From positions 140,982-204,981 of the forward strand of contig JAVBTH010000001.1 of assembly GCA_031556235.1 (NCBI GenBank): a DNA stretch of 64,000 nucleotides, in the 5' to 3' direction. Below are positions 59,394 to 64,000 of this stretch, in pieces. A program made the position numbers and the translations under genes. The notes below the pieces were generated by a model that was given only the letters and a program-made list of their open reading frames with translations, was not told the DNA's origin and did not search any database. Source of the stretch: Bacilli bacterium. GTDB lineage: Bacteria; Bacillota_I; Bacilli_A; RFN20; CAG-826. The first letter of the stretch is position 1, and every line of letters begins with the position of its first letter.

Positions 59394-60071
59394 CTACTTT
59401 CTTCTTGACCGATAAACTGAAATACTAAATGACAAACTTCCAATATCTAATCCTGGATTAATCAATATTCCACCAAGTGAAGCATCAATGACATGAGCAA
59501 ACATACAGTTGGTTATAGGTGTATTACTTTGATCAGATGCACCAGTTATACTTGTCCCATGAACCATCCACGTATATGTCGAGCTTATACTACTTTCAAA
59601 TGTTGGAGATATTTCAAAATCAATAATCTTGGTTGTTGCATACGAAGCTGACGTCGAATTCGTATAAGCATCATAGATATAAAAAGAAGTGGTGTTTTTT
59701 CCACTTGCTTTCGATATTGAAGTATAATTATCACCTAAGTACATGCAAGTGAATGAACCACTCATTGCAGATGAGCCATTATAAGTGTAATAATTAAAAA
59801 CCGTATTTGAAGTATCTGTTCCTGATGTAGCTGCTATAATATGAATTTTATATACATAGTTCCTATCGAAGTTATAGTTTAATTTATAGTTGCTAACTGC
59901 TCCTTCATAACTAAAAACAAGTTCATAGTCTCCACCACCAATTTTGACCATTGATGAGGCACTTCTTATATAAAGTTCATTAGCACTATAGTTAAATGCC
60001 ATCTCACCAATATTAGTAACATTTCCAGTTGACGGAGTTGAAGTTCCTCTTTTTAATTGGATAACTGCCAC
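59394..60071 (-). CDS. Phage tail-fibre-like protein (N-terminus MAVIQLKRGT..., paralogous to the neighbouring gene)
   Basis: Shared N-terminal motif with the 60071..60754 gene; Ser/Thr/Asn-rich. Confidence 0.55.
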   Translation of the reverse strand: MAVIQLKRGTSTPSTGNVTNIGEMAFNYSANELYIRSASSMVKIGGGDYELVFSYEGAVSNYKLNYNFDRNYVYKIHIIAATSGTDTSNTVFNYYTYNGSSAMSGSFTCMYLGDNYTSISKASGKNTTSFYIYDAYTNSTSASYATTKIIDFEISPTFESSISSTYTWMVHGTSITGASDQSNTPITNCMFAHVIDASLGGILINPGLDIGSLSFSISVYRSRRK

Positions 60072-60754
60072 TAGAACGTTCCTCCATCAATTATTGAAGA
60101 TGGTGTTAAAACTTTAGACTTATCAATTCCATATGAGTAAATTCTTCTATTTGGTGTATATCTTGTATCAAGTGATGAATAAAGGATTAATCCATTTGTG
60201 ATTACGCTTGAATTAAATGTTGTTAGAGTCGCTTCATAACTTGCCCCATTATTAACATTGATTCCAGTATTCAATACATTTGATAATGTTGTGATTTGAG
60301 TAGTAGATAAATGCTTTGAAGTATTGTTCGCATGATCATTAAATGTAGTTGTTGATACTCCGCTTAAATCTGTTAAAGTAACAGTAACTGCTCCAGTTTT
60401 TCCATTAACTGAACTAACAGCATTTGGAACAACTGAACTTGGTAATTTTCCACTCGAATCTAGCACTGGTATATTTCCATTACTTGTTCCGGTGTTTTTA
60501 TAAGCTGCTGTTCCTAATCCAAGGTTAGTAATTTTATTATCAATCCGATTATCTACAACTGATGTTGACGGAATTTCCATATAATCATTTGAGGATAAAG
60601 GAGTACTGCTACTACCAGTTTTATCAGCTTTAGCAATATAAAGATTACCGCCATTAAAATCAACCTGAGGCTCACCTGCTTTTACTGTTCCGCTATTTCC
60701 GGTTAATGGACCAGTTCCGGCAGTAGTTCTTCTTTTAAATTGAATCGTTGCCAT
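60071..60754 (-). CDS. Phage tail-fibre protein (N-terminus MATIQFKRRT...; GNIPVLDSSGKLPSSVVP motif)
   Basis: Conserved tail-fibre N-terminal motifs. Confidence 0.6.
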   Translation of the reverse strand: MATIQFKRRTTAGTGPLTGNSGTVKAGEPQVDFNGGNLYIAKADKTGSSSTPLSSNDYMEIPSTSVVDNRIDNKITNLGLGTAAYKNTGTSNGNIPVLDSSGKLPSSVVPNAVSSVNGKTGAVTVTLTDLSGVSTTTFNDHANNTSKHLSTTQITTLSNVLNTGINVNNGASYEATLTTFNSSVITNGLILYSSLDTRYTPNRRIYSYGIDKSKVLTPSSIIDGGTF

Positions 60755-60768
60755 GTTTTGTTTCCTTT

Positions 60769-61536
60769 CTAATAATATAAATAAATCGTTGAAATGGTAT
60801 GTAGTGAGCTTCCAGTTGTAATATACAAGAAACCAGCATTTGTATAAATCGCCAATGAATATGCCAATGTTCCAACTCCATATGAGATGCTCTTTTGAGA
60901 AGATGAAGTTTTAACAAGTGATCCTGGAATCGTTACTATATAAGTTCCAGTTTGAAATGTAATTAATGCATCTGCTAGAGTAAGTCCTCCATAATCAAAA
61001 CAATAAGTATTTCCGGAATAACTCGTTCTAAAAATTGCTTTCCTTTTTGTCTCAGCCAAGATTTCATTTTTTGTAGTTGTTAGATTAGATTTGTTGGTAC
61101 GAATATACGATGGAACAAAACTTGTATTTGCCTGAAGTGATGTTGTTGATTTCGTGTATGCAAAAATTGGTAGTTGATAGATACCATCTTCATTTAATAA
61201 ATTTGTTTGAATTAATGAAGGATAAGTACCTGTTGCTTCTAGTTTTATTAAATCCACTTTATTTGTTATCGTATTTATTTCAATTACTATATAGCCTGAT
61301 TTATTTGAATCTAACGCTATATTAATAGTTGTTCCTTCTTCTACAAAAACTCTTCTTCCATAGACCGAAACATAGCCACTTCTAAAAGTAACATTACCGT
61401 TACTGATACTGTAGTATAAATTGTTTGCTAGTCCACTAATAATTCCATTTTCATAATTTGTTAAAAATGCATTAACAAATGCATCATGCTTGGCGGTATT
61501 CATTGCACCGTCAAAAGTTAACTTTACTAGTCCCAT
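60769..61536 (-). CDS. Phage tail/baseplate structural protein (hypothetical)
   Basis: Synteny within the tail module; beta-rich composition. Confidence 0.45.
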   Translation of the reverse strand: MGLVKLTFDGAMNTAKHDAFVNAFLTNYENGIISGLANNLYYSISNGNVTFRSGYVSVYGRRVFVEEGTTINIALDSNKSGYIVIEINTITNKVDLIKLEATGTYPSLIQTNLLNEDGIYQLPIFAYTKSTTSLQANTSFVPSYIRTNKSNLTTTKNEILAETKRKAIFRTSYSGNTYCFDYGGLTLADALITFQTGTYIVTIPGSLVKTSSSQKSISYGVGTLAYSLAIYTNAGFLYITTGSSLHTISTIYLYY

Positions 61537-62660
61537 TAAAAGACACCTCCATCCAGGTCTGTAATTCCACCTTTTGATACTGCTATATTTCCAATGTTTG
61601 AATTAACATTTTTTGATAATATCTTTATTTTTTCTGTCAGCTTTATTCTATATTCACCAAGCGTAAGCTCTGCTTCGTTGAAGCTATTCTTGAACTTGAT
61701 TTGTGTAACTACCGAGTCATATACTTTTTGCTTTGCATAAAATTCTATATAATCTCCTAAGAACAAATTTTCAAGCGGATTAATTAATCCATTGCTTGCA
61801 TGAATCATAAAAGTTATATTGTGATCTAAACTTGAACCTATCATTTCACTTCTTGCCTTTGTACTAAGCGTAGAATACTCATTATCAGAATAATAAAAAG
61901 ATGATAACGATACATTCTTGTATCTATTACCTTCGTTTTTGTTTTCAGTTATATCTCCATTTGTAAGAAGATAATACGTTTTAGTCGCTTTATAAGTCTT
62001 ATTTTCTGCTTTTGGATAATAAACAACTTTATTAATCATTTGCTCATCACTGTCATTTATTACTAAATCTCTTATTGCCTTAAAATCACTTTTTAACTTA
62101 ATACCTTTATCAGTACTATCGATAATAATTACTATTTTTGAGAACTTTCCATTTTTAAATTCGACCTTGTAATGTAGATTAATTCCATAAGTTTTTGTGA
62201 TAAGCTCTATCAAATCTGTTATCTTCATTAGATTATCATCATCAAAAGTTAAATTACCTTGTTTTGATACTTTTAAATCAATTTGCAAATAGCTAAGATT
62301 TTGATATAGATCATTATTATTAATAAAATGCGTTGCAATTGTAGTACTTAGAAAATTAGCAACATCACCACTAAAACTTTTTATTGGCACTTTAACATTA
62401 AATAATTCTTTGAAATCTTTACATTGAACTTTTGTTTTTCCTTTATCAGCTAACTCAATTGTTTCAACTAATCCAACATAAGAATAGTTTTTTTCTTTTA
62501 ATATAGTAATATCTCCAATCGTTATTTGCATATTTTCTTTATTAACAACGAATGATGATTTTTGAGGTATTACCAAATCAACTATTAACTCGAAATCATT
62601 ATCAACAAATCCGTAATCTTTATAATCTAAACTATTTTTATCTAAAAATATTAATTGCAT
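61536..62660 (-). CDS. Phage tail-associated (Tal-like) minor structural protein
   Basis: Position immediately downstream of the Dit-like gene. Confidence 0.45.
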   Translation of the reverse strand: MQLIFLDKNSLDYKDYGFVDNDFELIVDLVIPQKSSFVVNKENMQITIGDITILKEKNYSYVGLVETIELADKGKTKVQCKDFKELFNVKVPIKSFSGDVANFLSTTIATHFINNNDLYQNLSYLQIDLKVSKQGNLTFDDDNLMKITDLIELITKTYGINLHYKVEFKNGKFSKIVIIIDSTDKGIKLKSDFKAIRDLVINDSDEQMINKVVYYPKAENKTYKATKTYYLLTNGDITENKNEGNRYKNVSLSSFYYSDNEYSTLSTKARSEMIGSSLDHNITFMIHASNGLINPLENLFLGDYIEFYAKQKVYDSVVTQIKFKNSFNEAELTLGEYRIKLTEKIKILSKNVNSNIGNIAVSKGGITDLDGGVF

Positions 62661-62661
62661 A

Positions 62662-63486
62662 TTAATTACCTATATACCCTTCGATAAATGTTAACTTACA
62701 AGTTGTCGATGCACTAACTCCTGGTCGAAACTCAATCTCATATGTTCCTGGATCAATAAAAATAAAATTATCACAAGTAAAATCTTGATATTGATATACA
62801 TCTACTTCCTCTCCAGTTTTATAAAATAAAGTCATCTTTTGATTTGTAACTTCTGAATTAACTACTAACTTGCAATCATTACTTTTAAGATACATTCTCA
62901 TCATCGACACTACTTCATCATTCTTCTTAATCAAAACTTCCGGATTATCAAAAGCTCCATTAATCTCAATAATTAGTGGTGCCTTAACAAAACCATTATT
63001 TGTTACTTTGATTTTCCCTTCAAAAGATATTGAATAAGTATATGGATAGGTAAAAGGATAAATCTTTGCACTATTATTAACATCAACATCAATTTCAACT
63101 ACAACATCAACTCGCCATAAGCCAAGTCGTTCAATAACCACTTCGCATTGTAGCACACCACTAATTAATTCAGTTTTGCTAATAGATTTAAAATTAACAT
63201 TACAGTACTTCTTTGAATTAGAATGATAATGAAGTTCTAATGATTTACTACCTTTCAAGTATTCTAGGAAAGTGTTATAGCCTTTATACTGATTTAAAAA
63301 GATTAATGATCCACCAATCTCTGCAATGGGATTGTCTTCTTTAATTAACAAGTAATCATCATCAAATTTTAAGTAAGTATTTTCTTTTATAATTCCAAGT
63401 CCAGTTGGCGAAGCATAAAGCGTTGAAGTTCGATAGTCAAAATGATATTCAATACCTAAATCATTTACTAAATATAGATGTCTCAT
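62662..63486 (-). CDS. Phage distal tail protein (Dit-like)
   Basis: Position directly after the tape-measure gene. Confidence 0.45.
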   Translation of the reverse strand: MRHLYLVNDLGIEYHFDYRTSTLYASPTGLGIIKENTYLKFDDDYLLIKEDNPIAEIGGSLIFLNQYKGYNTFLEYLKGSKSLELHYHSNSKKYCNVNFKSISKTELISGVLQCEVVIERLGLWRVDVVVEIDVDVNNSAKIYPFTYPYTYSISFEGKIKVTNNGFVKAPLIIEINGAFDNPEVLIKKNDEVVSMMRMYLKSNDCKLVVNSEVTNQKMTLFYKTGEEVDVYQYQDFTCDNFIFIDPGTYEIEFRPGVSASTTCKLTFIEGYIGN

Positions 63487-64000
63487 TATAGATAATTTCC
63501 TCCTAACGCTTTATTAATCGAATCAATATCAAATTCACTAGATGAAGTATTTACCGTTACATTGTTTGTTGTATTTTGACTATTATTATTGGTTGTAGTT
63601 GATTTCTTATTGTTTGTTATTCCTAGAGTACCTCCGAGCCAATTGCCAAAGTCTCCTAGTCCTTTTCCAATCTTGCCAAAGAAATCTCCTACTTTTCCAA
63701 ATACTTTTGACACTGCATTGATAATCTTTTCTAGTAGCCAAAGAATCGGTTCTAGAATCTTAAATAGTAATTCTAATATTGGTAAAAGAATAGCACTTAT
63801 TACCTGAGCTACTATTTCAATTAATGGAGCGATGAGTTCTAGGAACCCTGCTAACATTTCAAATTGTCCTAATAAAGGAGCTAGTAACGCTTCAATTAAT
63901 GGCATCAGCAGATCTATAATTCTAACAACCAAATTTATAATCACTTCAAATATTGGCATTAAGGCATCCAATAAAACTTGAACGATATCCATAATAGGTT
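63486..64000 (-). CDS. Phage tape-measure protein, C-terminal part (ORF runs off the window edge)
   Basis: Helical heptad-like LxxLL repeats and a Gly-rich segment; the frame is still open at position 64000. Confidence 0.5.
   Translation of the reverse strand, partial: PIMDIVQVLLDALMPIFEVIINLVVRIIDLLMPLIEALLAPLLGQFEMLAGFLELIAPLIEIVAQVISAILLPILELLFKILEPILWLLEKIINAVSKVFGKVGDFFGKIGKGLGDFGNWLGGTLGITNNKKSTTTNNNSQNTTNNVTVNTSSSEFDIDSINKALGGNYL

Larger units (their letters stand above)
57624..64000 (-). mobile_element. Right-hand (late: tail, fibre, lysis) part of a siphovirus-like prophage or phage-derived element, truncated by the window edge
   Basis: Contiguous co-oriented block TMP-Dit-Tal-fibres-membrane lysis proteins ending in a strong terminator. 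Confidence 0.55.

Overview
AT-rich (~30% GC) Firmicutes/Mollicutes-like chromosomal segment read with the standard genetic code (TGG = Trp, TGA = stop; all recognisable genes are intact). It is densely coded on both strands, with frequent 1-4 nt start/stop overlaps. The recognisable core genes are trpS, a Cof-type HAD hydrolase, rubrerythrin, phosphoglucomutase, an RluA-family pseudouridine synthase, tRNA-Ser(GGA), HPF, metK with a candidate S-box leader, PduL, a PlsC-like acyltransferase, a flippase-like/GT4 fusion, mgtE, a GNAT acetyltransferase, tRNA-Leu(GAG), oligoendopeptidase F, enolase, gpmI and a PadR-DUF1700-DUF4097 operon. Two accessory stretches stand out. The first lies downstream of tRNA-Ser (about 9.7-24.6 kb) and is defence-flavoured: an AbiH-like gene, a zinc-ribbon/DUF4145 protein paired with an unknown protein, a Fic protein with a degenerate motif, a tandem translationally coupled pair of DUF262 (DGQQR) genes of which one is a complete GmrSD-like type IV nuclease, and a MacB-like ABC transporter with a TetR regulator. 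The second (about 51.7-64 kb) is the right end of a siphovirus-like prophage (tape-measure C-terminus, Dit/Tal-like proteins, tail fibres with DUF-like N-termini, XhlA-like membrane proteins, and an ANT/Lnu-like nucleotidyltransferase among the late genes). It is followed by a separately promoted three-gene cassette of unknown function (93/284/395 aa) and then an HNH nuclease and a Type-I-like N6-adenine methyltransferase with a half-size HsdS and no HsdR. That three-gene moron, the atypical M+S+HNH cluster, the DUF262 pair, the AbiH/DUF4145 island and a tightly coupled four-gene operon of unknowns at the window start are the best candidates for an undescribed system. No CRISPR array, rRNA or intact integrase/transposase is visible.
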